Source: Azolla caroliniana
Taxonomy: Eukaryota > Plantae > Polypodiophyta
Length of the DNA stretch: 64,000 nt
Assembly (NCBI GenBank): GCA_043228905.1
Contig: JBHGNT010000015.1
Location: 9,734,001 to 9,798,000 of the forward strand
Direction: 5' to 3'
Within the stretch, counting starts at the first letter, position 1, and every line of letters begins with the position of its first letter. The notes beneath the pieces were generated by a model. It searched no databases, was not told where the DNA came from, and saw only the letters and a program-made list of their open reading frames with translations. A program made the position numbers and the translations under genes. Below are positions 36,641 to 48,655 of this stretch, in pieces.

Positions 36641-39049
36641 ATGGAGACAGAGGAAGATCCTATGAATCTTAAGGTTGGAATTTACCTTGATCAGCCAATG
36701 TTTAGACAAGAGGACATAGAAATGATCCTATCATCGAGAAGGCCACTTATAGTTGACTGTTTTTCAATTGATGAGTACATTTCTGATGGTTATAATTGAC
36801 TGTTTTTCAATTGATCAATACATTTATGATGGTGGAGGTGGGTCTATAGGCCTGCAGAACGATGATGGAACAACTCTTCACAAGTCACGAGATGCCTCCA
36901 GGGCCTTCTATTCTTATAAGCAGTGGAAAGTACTTAAGATTCAACAAGGTCACGATTCAGTCAAGAGAGCTTATTTAGTCATGCATCTTGATTGGGATTA
37001 ACAATCACTATTCTGTTCTTGAGGCCGATGGAGTCATCTTCCAACCATATTCTTCTGTTTCAGATGATAAAATCAAGGACCAAAAGATTGTGCAAATGGA
37101 ATACTCTATAAAAGAGATGATGTTGGACCTTCAAGCAATTGGATTGGAGCTAATATTTTATGATAGTGGAAGTCAATATCAAAGGCCACAGGTGATAAAG
37201 AGGCTTATTCGTGCTAAAGTGGATGCCTTCTCAAGGTTTATTTTGAAGGGTAGTGATATGGAACTAAGTGCTAAATTAAAAAGCCTATCACTAGATGCAA
37301 GGAGCAAGCTTTGTGTGATTGAACCATCAAAAAAGTTGGATACTCAAAGATGTTGTTTATATGTTGAGTATGGTCTTCAGTGCATGCGAAACAAAATGCG
37401 AACATGAAGTTTTCAAACAACCAGCCAGGGTGGACAACCATGTTGGAGATTGTTTTCACCTTTATGTGTGGTCTTCTAGCTCGACATAGCAAAGGTGTTA
37501 TTGGCAAGGCTGACAGTTGTATTCATGGATTATAATTATCATTATCTTGCCAAATGCCAAAGCTTATATTTGGTCTCATTTTGGATAATATATATTTGTG
37601 GAGATGGAACAATATTATGTACTATTTGTATACTGCCTCTGGCCTTTTATTAATACCAATGGAGCATATGTTTTATGAAAAATATATAATTAGTATCCCA
37701 GAACATCCCATTGTTTTAGGATTACCATGGTTTGAATTACATAACCCAGACATAGATTGGAGAACAAGAGAAATCCAGTATCGACAAGCTCGAGGATCTA
37801 CTCATAAGATTGCAACCATTTCGCTACATCAGTTGCGGGAAGAAAGATGCAAGGAAGAAATGTTTCTCTTCGCAATAGCAGTAAAACCCTCCGACACCAC
37901 CAAAGAGGAGTCCACCGTTCAACTTCCAAAGAAGTATCATCATTATGTTGATGTGTTTGATAAAGTACAAGCCAATATGCTCCCTCACCATCGACCATAT
38001 GATTGCCCCATCGATTTACAACCGGGAAAAGAGCCACCATGGGGACCGATCTACAATTTGTCACCAACCAAGCTGGAAGTCCTTCAAGCCTATATAGAGG
38101 AGAATTTGGCAAATGGTTTCATTCGACATTCGAAATCTCCAACCGGCACACCCATTTTCTTCGTTAAGAAAAAGGATGAATCACTTCGTCTTGTCGTAGA
38201 TTACCGTGGCTTGAATAAGGTCACCATCAGGAATAGGTATACACTTCCCCTTACCTCAAGTCTTTTAGAATGGATCAATGGTGCAAGGTTCTTCACAAAG
38301 ATTGACTTAGGAGGAGCATATAACCTCGTACGAATCCGACCAGGAGATGAATGGAAGATCGTGTTTCACACCAGATATGGGCACTTCGAGTATACAATCA
38401 TGCCATTCGGCCTCACTAATGCACCAGTAGTCTTCCAGCACATGGCAAATGATATATTCCGAGATCTCTTGGATGTTTGTTTGATTATCTATTTGGATGA
38501 TCTACTGGTTTATTCGACGACCCCCCGGGGGCTCCACTATATATAAAGAGGTTGTATCACGTGTGTTCGCGACATCTTTTATAAACCCCTTATACGTATA
38601 TTTTTTACTATTTTAGATACCCTTCTGTAAAAAAACATGTAATAAAAATATCCCTTAGTGCCAATATATATTTTTACAACAACTCGTTTTAAATGCCCTT
38701 AAATAAAACACATGTATGTTTTATACATGTGTGTATGTATGTATTATATTGTATAGCATATGTTATATATTTGATGTATGGGTTGTGTGTATATATCTTA
38801 GTTGTGTGGCATGTGTGTATATATCTATCGTTATGTGTATGTGTGTGTAGTGGCTCGCGTTTATTTGCACCTAAATCATAAATATCCTTTTACTAATAAA
38901 GGCTCAAGAGTTCATTATTTGGTTCGATAGCTATTCTCTATTTAAACTCTATAAAATTTCATCAACAATCATGATGAATACTCCATCACTATAAGAAGTT
39001 CCTTCAAATGCTCAATAATTTCTCATATCACTACAAGAAACATACGGTG

Positions 39050-39080
<31 letters not shown>

Positions 39081-39103
39081 TCAAAGAAGCAACTACAAAG
39101 AAG

Positions 39104-39143
<40 letters not shown>

Positions 39144-39269
39144 AGGCACATTCTCACAAACAACTCATTTCAAAAATAGCTGAGAAATACACAGTTTGAA
39201 GTGAGCACTTCTCAATGCAATCACAAATACTTAAAGAGTGGTCTAAACAGATAAAAAAAGACCTTCTAC

Positions 39270-39954
39270 TTATGTAGTAGCACCCCTTGTATTCCCTTTC
39301 TTCCTTTGAATCTTCTTTTGGTAGCACTCCAGCTCTTTGCCCTCAAGAATATAGCCAACGGCTCTGCCACATTGTCCAAGCCGAGAACAAATGCAACCAA
39401 GCAAACGGCCACTCGCAAATTGATCCTCAAGATGTGGATCTAGTTTTCGATCCTTGACACTCTCAGAAATTTTGCAAGCTACATGGTTTGCTTTGCTTCC
39501 CCTTTTCTGCCTCACCAAGTGTCTCTCCTTCCTCAGATTACTTCTTGCTGGTTCCTCTAGCCTCGTTAGCAGCCTTCTTCTTCTTCCTGATTTCAACACC
39601 ATAGTGCTGACTATACCAATGTCTGAAGGGGGCATCATCAATCTGGACAATTGCAGACTTGACTAGTGTCTATGTCCGCACAAGCTCATTGTTCGAAGCA
39701 TTATAGACGACATAAAGGATGTGTGCCTTCCATGTCACAACCTCTGATCCCCACGAGTAGTTCCTTGTGTCGAGCCTAAGGGCACTGAACTTTAGGTTTC
39801 CACCTCTCACACAGACCTTTCACACTGTCTTGTCGTTGGATAGCTTCGTCATTGCAACCTGACGCCCAAGCTCATACTTCCTCTTCTTGCGCCATGACTT
39901 CTTCTTTCCTCCTGTGGCGCACCTCTTATGGGTAGAATTGCGGGAGATACTCAT
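39270..39954 (-). pseudogene. RPS8: Processed 40S ribosomal protein S8 pseudogene
   Basis: [32 protein letters not shown] ... [45 protein letters not shown]; full length, no introns, stops and a frameshift. Confidence 0.93.
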
Positions 39955-39995
39955 GGTTGTAGGCTATGGCGTTGTAGTAGAAGCAGAAAAAGAAG

Positions 39996-40035
<40 letters not shown>

Positions 40036-40036
<1 letters not shown>

Positions 40037-40498
40037 AAAATCCGAATTCTTTCTCTAATTTGATCCCAATGAAGAGTAAGTTGAGCGTGTTAGCTAATAT
40101 ATGAACAACACATGCATGCAACCAAAGGCAAGTAATAAGGCACTAGCCTTGATGATTATGCATGACCTTGTTTGTATCAAGGGCACCCAATTGGCACGAG
40201 ATGAAGAACCAAAGAGAGGATTCTCATTGAGAGGTTGGAATGAGAAACGATGAAGAAACTTGGTGACGCACTTGCCATCTATGGTGTTCTTGGGGCAATT
40301 GTTGATATACAGGGTGAGCAGAAATATGATCACATTCACGATGATAATGAGGGGAATGAGAAGGGATATCCTCCTCTCCTTCGTCTCTTCCGGGAAATGC
40401 AGGGGCACACTAGAGTTTTGAACAAGGTATACATCTTTCCGACTCCTAAATGATCTGTGGGTCATGGCTACTTTCTTCTCAAGATCTTCCCCCATGCC
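40036..40498 (-). pseudogene. 5' fragment of a plant rhomboid-like protease (RBL1/RBL2 type), intronless
   Basis: LYINNCPK..RFSFQPLNENPLFGSSS, then after a frameshift LGAL...[28 protein letters not shown]. Confidence 0.85.
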
Positions 40499-40523
40499 AC
40501 TCAAGGGAATCCGATTTAAAGAG

Positions 40524-40571
<48 letters not shown>

Positions 40572-40664
40572 TGCTAGAGAGATTGGCAAAGAGGAGGGGT
40601 GGGCTATGGGGTGCCTTAGATCTCACTCTGCACCCAGAACAAAGTATCATCCATGGCTGGCAAA

Positions 40665-40700
<36 letters not shown>

Positions 40701-41542
40701 TCCTTTAGGGTTTAGTTTGTACGTATGTATGTGCTATATGTGTGTGTATGTTTGATACATGTGTGTGTGTTCTTTATTTCTACATATGTATGTATGTTTG
40801 ATACATGTGTGTGTGTTCTTTATTTCTACATATGTATGTATTATGTATTGTATATATATAATGTCTCTATGTATGTATGTGTTATGTGTGTGTGTGTATT
40901 TTCTATTGATGTACATATGTATGTATTGTATTGCATGTGTTGTATGTATGGCATGTGTGTGTGTGTGTGTGTGTGTTCTTTACATGTGCATATGTATATA
41001 TTCTATGTTTGGCACGTGTGTATGTGTATATGTGTTATGTGTCTGTGTATTCATCCATACAATAAATACATACATACACACATACAACACACACCACATT
41101 CATATATACAAACATATACACATATGCATGTATATATGTGTGTATGTATGTACATATTGTATAGTATGTATGTATGCATGTATGTATGTACATGTATGGA
41201 TGTAAGTTGGTAACATTTATTCATGTATCATCGTAGGCGTGTGTACGTATATACGTGTAGCAATGTATGAATGAATATATGTATGTCCATGTACGAATGC
41301 ACATATGTATATATATGTAATATGTAATGTATTTATGTATGTATATTTTTGGGGTATTTTCGTGTTTAGTATGTGTATGGCTCATATATGGATGTATGTT
41401 TGCAATATGCACATAATATGCATGCATATATCCAAGGTATGTGTAAGTATACATATATCTAATGTGTGTGTGCATGCATGTATGAATGTATTGTAATTTG
41501 TATGACCCTGTATGACCTATATAATATATATATATATACATA

Positions 41543-41977
41543 GGAAAGCGCTATTTTCCCCCCCCATTTTGGCTATCCCCCCCACCCCCCCCCCATTTTT
41601 TTACAATTTCTCATAGTTCTAACCTCATTCAGCAACATGTCTCAACAAGCGTCTTCAGCTTCAATTATCGATAAAACCTTCACCGAGAGAGGGGCTCTGA
41701 TTAGTTTTATCAAGGACCATTTTCGTGCTCAGAATATCATCGTTGTATTGGATAAGCATAGCGACAACCGAAAAGTCACTTTCAAGTGCTACTATGGGGG
41801 GAAATATCGCAACCCTCTAGGCTTGACTGACAATACAAACGCACTTGCGATATGCGAGAATCTGAGTTATGTTGAGTTTATTAATTAATTAATAAACAAT
41901 TTCATTTGGTTATATTAGGTTCTATAAATTTAGGAGGGGGGATAGCCAAAATGGGGGGGGGGCAAATAACGCTTTCC
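41543..41977 (+). mobile_element. Internally deleted MULE/Mutator-like TIR element inserted in (TA)n
   Basis: TIRs GGAAAGCGYTATTT..CCCCCCATTTTGGCTATCCCCC at both ends. ORF 41637-41888 (F.ER..LI.F......A....V.....SD..KV.FKC..GGKYRN) resembles the FAR1/WRKY-GCM1-like N-terminus of MULE transposases. Confidence 0.75.
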
Positions 41978-42839
41978 TATATATATGGTGATATGTGGAA
42001 TATGTATGTATGTATGTATCTGTATGCATATATGCATGTGTCAATGTACATGATTTAATGTGTCTAGATGTGTGTTTATAATATGTGCATAATATGTATG
42101 TATATATCTAATGTATGTATGTCGATGTATATATGTACTATTATAGTGTGTATGACCATGTGTGTCTATGTTTGTATATGTGGTGATATGTATGTACATA
42201 TGTATTGTATGTATGTATGTATATGTATGAATGTACGTATGTGTATATATGTAATGTATGAATGTACGTATGTGTATATATGTAATGTATGAATGTACGT
42301 ATGTGTATATATGTAATGTATTCATGTATGTATATTTTTAGGATATTTTCATTTTTAGTATGTGTATGGATCGTATATGGATATATGTTTGTAATATGTA
42401 CATTATATGCATTCATATATCTCATGTGTGTGTATGTATGTATGTATGTATGTATGTAAGTATTATAGGCATAGAATGAACCATGTGTATCATATGTGCA
42501 TTCACATTCGAGAATGATTCAATCAAACGTGTATGGTAAATCATCTCAAAGTTGGATTGGATTGACAAGTTGGATTGGATTGACTATGGTTTATATTATA
42601 TATTGATTCACTCTCAATCCCAATAAGTGGACTCTAATCCATTGTGAACCACCAACATAAGTATGGTTGCAATATTTCCATTGTATCACATGCATACTTT
42701 TGGGATGCTTCTTAAGAATCAAGACATCTCTATCATCCTCACTTTAGAACTTTACAAAAAAAGGAGTATGAACTATAGAGATTGAATCAAAATATGTCAT
42801 TATAAATTATAATCAAATGTTCAAAAACTCATAAAACAA

Positions 42840-43330
42840 ACATTCGAGAATATGAAGAAAATATGACATACGCAATAGTAACATAACAACTTATCACTAG
42901 GGTGAGCTAATTTCTAATAACAAAGAAAGAAAGAAAAAGAAGAAAAAAGAAACGATCAAAATCTCATAAAACGTATATTCGAGAATATGAAGAAAACATG
43001 ACATAGGTAGTAGTAGAATAAAAATTTACCATTAGGGTGAGCTAATTTCTAATAACAAACAAAGAAGAAAAAAAAGTAACATGACAATAACAAGAGGATA
43101 TGAGAAAGTCGGGAATTTAACTCAAGACACAAGCAATAGTAGCATGGCAACTTACCACTAGGTTAAGCTCATTTCTAATAACAAAAAATGAAAAAAAAAT
43201 GAAAAAAAACAAAAAAACAAATATAAACTTTTGCTATGGTACAACAAAAGAGAGATGAGAACATTGGGGCTCAAACCCAAGACATAGACAGCAATAGCAT
43301 GTCTCTTTACCACTAGGATGACCTAAATTT
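42840..43330 (-). repeat. Four tandem degenerate tRNA-like units separated by T-runs
   Basis: - strand CCTAGTGGTAA (A-box side) followed 32 nt later by RGTTWRAKYCC in copies 3 and 4; copies 1 and 2 retain only the A-box side. Confidence 0.6.
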
Positions 43331-43630
43331 GTGATAAAAACATGAAAAAAAAGAAAAAACAAAGGAGCGCATATTTTTCCCTTTTCAAACGTGTTCATTT
43401 TCAAACGTTTTCAATCGTTTGAATGCTTGCACGAACACGAATATTACGTTCTATGATTGTAGGTTGTATGGTCCCATATGACCTATATATATATATGGCA
43501 ATATGTGGAATATGTATGTACATATGTAATATATATGTGTATGTATATATGTAATGTATGTATGTGTATGTAAATTTGTATATTGTGTAATATGTATGGA
43601 TTATATGATATGTAGTATGTAATTTATTTA

Positions 43631-43679
<49 letters not shown>

Positions 43680-43682
<3 letters not shown>

Positions 43683-46600
43683 CATGTGTGGGGGACCACA
43701 CTAGGTGGTTTTGTTCCAAGAGGAAAACTAACTTGTAACTAACTAGGGGTAGAGCCAAGAAAGGTGGGAAACACTATAAAGAGAGATGCCTACCAAGAGA
43801 GGAAAGGGACTGTAATTGAGCACATTACATTGGTGGAAATAACGGGCATTTTTAGATCAACCACAACCTGCACACCCACTGATCATCACACAGAAGCAAC
43901 CCACCGATCATCACACACGAGTATTCCACTGATCTTCACACAGAGGCAGCCGCTAAGCCTACAAGTGACCTGCCGAAAAGACGCGAATTCAAGAGAGCAT
44001 CAACTACACAATGATGCAGACATCAGATTTCAACAACACAATGAGTATGCAACCAGAGTTCGTGGAACAGACCTCTCCAAGAAACGCAACCGAGCAAATG
44101 CTTCAAGCTATGTCAACGATGATGTTGCAGGTAAACCACACAAATCAAACAATAATATATTGGTTAACTAATCAATCACAACAAACAGGAAACATCACAG
44201 AGAAACAGAAGGACTCACGAATTAGACCACGATCATTTTCTGGCCTACCAACAGAAGACGTATTGGCTTGGCTAGGTCACTTTGATAATGTCGTCGGCTA
44301 TCATTAATGGAGTGATGATAGAAAAGCCCTAGAACTGCGCACAGTATTGGAAAATGTCGCAGCAACCTGGTTTATTCAACAACCAGAAGAAGTAAAACAA
44401 GATTGGTCATACCTGCGCGAACAACTGGCACAACACTTCGCCAATAACGATATAACACAAACAACCCTACAACAATTAGGTAACATGCGTCAACAAGCAC
44501 ATGAGCCAGTAGCACAGTTTGCAGTAAGATTAAAACAACTCTTACTTAGAGTAGATCCAAACATGAAAGAGTCTATGAAGCTATATTTCTTGCTGCCAAG
44601 GCTGAGACATGACATCTATAGGAGAGTAAAAGATCAAGGGCCGACAACCTTCCAACTGGCTGTACAGATCGCCCAACGTATAGAAACACCTGATTATATG
44701 GAATTGTCGCAGGCACCTACAATGCCACAACAAAACAATCAGAAGCATCAAGTCGAATCCACAGCATGCCCGATGGATATTGACATCCAAAATGCACAGA
44801 TTAATGCTAGGAAGCAACTCCCAAGTCGAGACACTCAAGGACGCCCCCGTTGTTTTTACTGCAATAATTATGGTCATGTTAAGAAATATTGCAGGAAATT
44901 CACCGCATCTAAACACCATCAGAATGCCCAAATCCAGTTGGCTGATTCCACATCTCTTGCCAACATACAGGAAAACATCAATGCGGGACGTTGAAGGAAG
45001 AGCAACTCCCACACTTCCAAGCCGCTACATCTTCTAGCCGAATAGTCTGCTCCACAATCGCACGTATTCAGAATACATCACATGAAGCATTACTAGATTC
45101 AGGTAGCACAATCTCTTCAATTAGTTTAGATATAGTTAATCAATTGCATTTACCAACATCATCTGCACCACTAATCCATGTAATTTTTGGTGACAAGCAA
45201 AAACTCTATAAATCATTCACACACGCACATTGCAATTTCACACTAGCACAACATACCTTCGTCCATTCATTCTATGTCCTACCAAAACAGCTATTTCCTT
45301 TAACATTAGGATGTGATTGGTTTGTTAAGCATGGGGCCCAATTGCATTTTGACACACAGACATTAGTTCTTCCACACCTTAGGCCTTGCACCACAATTCC
45401 CCTTCTTAACACACCTTATACTAGCACACAGGTCATGCATACTCAAATCCAAATAGAACCAGCACAATCACGTTTGACCGATCTCTGTCGCCTACTCGGG
45501 AAGTTCCCGAAAATCTTTAGGAAGACAGAAAAAACCACTCAAGTAACTTTACAAGTGCATCACGCCATACCCACAGCGGACTCTCCTCCGGTGAGAATGG
45601 CAGCTCGAAGGCGCTCACCACTTGATCATCAACGGATAAACACTGCAGTCCAAGAAATGCTCCGAAAAGATATTATTGAGCCGTCTAGTAGTGAATGGGT
45701 ATCAGAACCTCATCTGGTCAGAAAAGATGACGGTACATTCAGATTTTGCATTGATTTCAGATTACTAAATAAAATTACAAAGCATGACAGGTATCCATTA
45801 CCACGCATCGACGATTTAATCGACCAACTCGGTAAGTCAAGATACTTTACATCCTTAGATCTGGCTTCAGGGTATTGGCAAATACCCCTACGACCTGAAG
45901 ATAAACACAAGACAGCTTTTAGAACACAGCATGGCTTATACCAATTTAAGAGAATGCCCTTCGGATTATCAGATGCAGGCAGCACGTTCCAAAGAATGGC
46001 GAACACCATTTTTCAAGACCTCATCCATAAAGGAGTCATACTAGTCTATCTCAACGATATACTGATACACACTGCTGACTGGTCGCAACATATTCAAGTT
46101 CTACAAGAAGTCCTCCTATGCATCCAAAAATATAGCCTACAACTACAATTTAAGAAGTGCAAATGGGGAGCAACGGAATTACGATTTTTAGGATTCATGA
46201 TATCCTCAAAAGGCATCCAACTCGACCCTGCTAAGATATGAGCCATTGCTGATTACCCAACGCCGAGCAACATCAAATCCCTACAAAGCTTCCTTGGTCT
46301 TGTGAACTTTTCATTACGGTTTATCCCTAACCTAGCCACGGTCACAGCCCCCTTGAGATTACTATTGAAAAAAGGATCAAAATATCAGTGGTCAGCAGAT
46401 TGTACACAAAGTTTTGAGAAACTAAAAAAATTAATCAAGGATGCGGGAACCTTGGCATTTCCAAACTTCAGCAAAGTCTTCCGCCTTCAAACAGATGCTT
46501 CCAATTATGGAATCGGTGTTGTGCTCTTGCAACAAGACGACAATGACGACTGCCAGCCGATAGCATACATAAGTAGAGCATTGACGAAATCAGAGCAAAA

Positions 46601-48655
46601 CTACTCTACGACAGAAAAAGAGTTCTTGGCAATTCTTTGGGCATTCAAGAAGTTCCACCCTTACCTGCATGGAACATCCGTCCAAGTAGAAACGGATCAC
46701 CAGCCATTGGTATCGCTCATCCACAAAACTCATCCACCGAGAAGACTACTACGATGGGCACTCCCTTTGCAAGAATACAGTTTTACCATGATTTATCGGA
46801 AGGGAGCATCCAACACAGTTGCTGATGCTTTATCTCGGATGGAGTACCATGTCGCACAATGGGCAGAGGATGCCAATGACCTCCCATTTCAGCCACAGCA
46901 AATAGCACAAATGCAACAGCAAGACCCTGTGATCAAGGACCTCATCCTGCGAATACAAAATAGCCATGACAAGCAGGTATACCGTCATTTTGTTTTAATT
47001 GACAACATACTCCATTTTATTAGTCAAGGCCTCCCTCCACGTCTGTATTTACCGGAGGCATTACGGGCAACTTATCTCGAATTCTATCATAATCATCGGT
47101 TGACGGGTCATTTCGGTTTCCATAAGCTCCTCCATCGCATTCGGTCAATGTATTATTGGCCAAAATTAAGATAGTCTATCTCTACATTCCTACAAACATG
47201 CTCCACATGTCAGACCGTAAAAAACCCACAGTCCACATACGGTACCTTGACACCCATTGAAGTCAAGGAACCTTTTGAGATGGTGGGATGGGACCTTATG
47301 GGCCCATTTCCAACATCAATACAAGGAAACAAATATATTTTGGTAATTACAGAATACTTGACCCGATGGTGCGAAGCTGCTGCCTTACCAGATGCAACAG
47401 CAAATACGGTCGCCAATGCCCTTCTACAAAGGGTGATTTTTCCTCACGGATGCCCTCACCAAATTCTTTCCGATCAAGGATCACAATTCCGAAGCGAAGT
47501 GATGCAAGTTCTCACGCAGAGTTTGGGAATAAAGCGGTTGTTTACATCGCCAAACCATTAAACAAACTATTGTAGCCTATGTTGATCCTTTACATCAATC
47601 ATGGGATCAAGTATTGTCATTCGCGGTACACGCATACAACATCTCAGTACAAGAATCCACCAAGGTGAGTCCATTCAGGGCATTATACGGCCGCGATCCT
47701 CGTCTCTCCCCAGACCCACACACCATCAAAGTCAACCCACATCATAGTGATGCCACCTCGTGGTGGTTATATCTACAATCAATGATGCCTCTTCTCCGAC
47801 GAGCCATTCAATATAATTTAAGTAAAGCCCAACAAAGACAAAAGAAATATTTCGACAAATCACATAGGCCAACCACACTCAATATCGGCGAATATGTTCG
47901 AGTCTATTACCCGGTGCGGAAAAAAGGTCTTTGTGAATCATTCATGCACAGATGGTTAGGACCATACAAGATCATAGCACACATCGGCTCGAACACTTAC
48001 CGGTTACGCCGAATCGATAAATCGACGAAAACAGTCACACATGTCTCGCGGATTAGGCGCATACCTCCCCCAACTGAGAATCTCCACCCCGACGACACCG
48101 GTGCGGACGACACAGGACTGTCGCAGCCATCGACATGCCAAGATGTATCCACAATCGATGACTTCACGGGCCTGTCGCAGCCACCGACACACCTGGATGT
48201 AGCCACAGTCGAAGCGCAGACGCATCCCCCACTCTGAATCGATCCATAACCGCCCACAATCGTCACGCCATCGAAAGTGTCACACCTGGATGTCGTTGCA
48301 GTCGAAGCGCATGCACATCCTTCACTGCGAATCAGACCATAGCCACCCCCCAATCGTCACGCCATCGACAATGACACAGTCAACATCCTTGGGAGGCGTC
48401 ATTGTGACTTTAGCAGTCAAAAACCCTCGCTGCACAGTAACGAAGAACAAATGAATAAGGGTCTAGGTCCTACTATGTAATTTTATTTTTTTTAAAAGGG
48501 GGAGGTGTCATGTGTGGGGGACCACACTAGGTGGTTTTGTCCCAAGAGGAAAACTAACTTGTAACTAACTAGGGGTAGAGCCAAGAAAGGTGGGAAACAC
48601 TATAAAGAGAGATGCCTACCAAGAGAGGAAAGGGACTGTAATTGAGCACATTACA
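43680..48655 (+). mobile_element. Compact Ty3/gypsy element G, 150-bp LTRs, no chromodomain
   Basis: LTRs 43680-43829 and 48506-48655 (one mismatch by eye); TSD ATAT; PBS TGGTGGAAATAACGGG (tRNA-Ala-like); PPT AAAAGGGGGAGG. gag CFYCNNYGHVKKYC, PR LLDSGS, RT, RH and INT are present. Confidence 0.95.

Larger units (their letters stand above)
40715..43679. repeat. (TATG/TG/TA)n low-complexity blocks, partly repeated as larger units (also 38710-38850 and 48656-48940)
   Basis: Simple-sequence composition; 41221-41520 resembles 42040-42460. Confidence 0.85.

Noticed and set aside
37554-38546. RT with a novel hydrophobic N-terminus
   Set aside because: Read-through from inserted AT-rich DNA into element A pol.
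40566-40666. Possible snoRNA or miRNA between microsatellites
   Set aside because: No convincing C/D boxes or hairpin; left unidentified.
40725-43685. Many Tyr/Cys/His/Ile-rich ORFs
   Set aside because: Translations of TATG/TG microsatellites.
48100-48370. Extra domain at the integrase C-terminus of element G
   Set aside because: Explained by short ~60- and ~93-bp tandem duplications.
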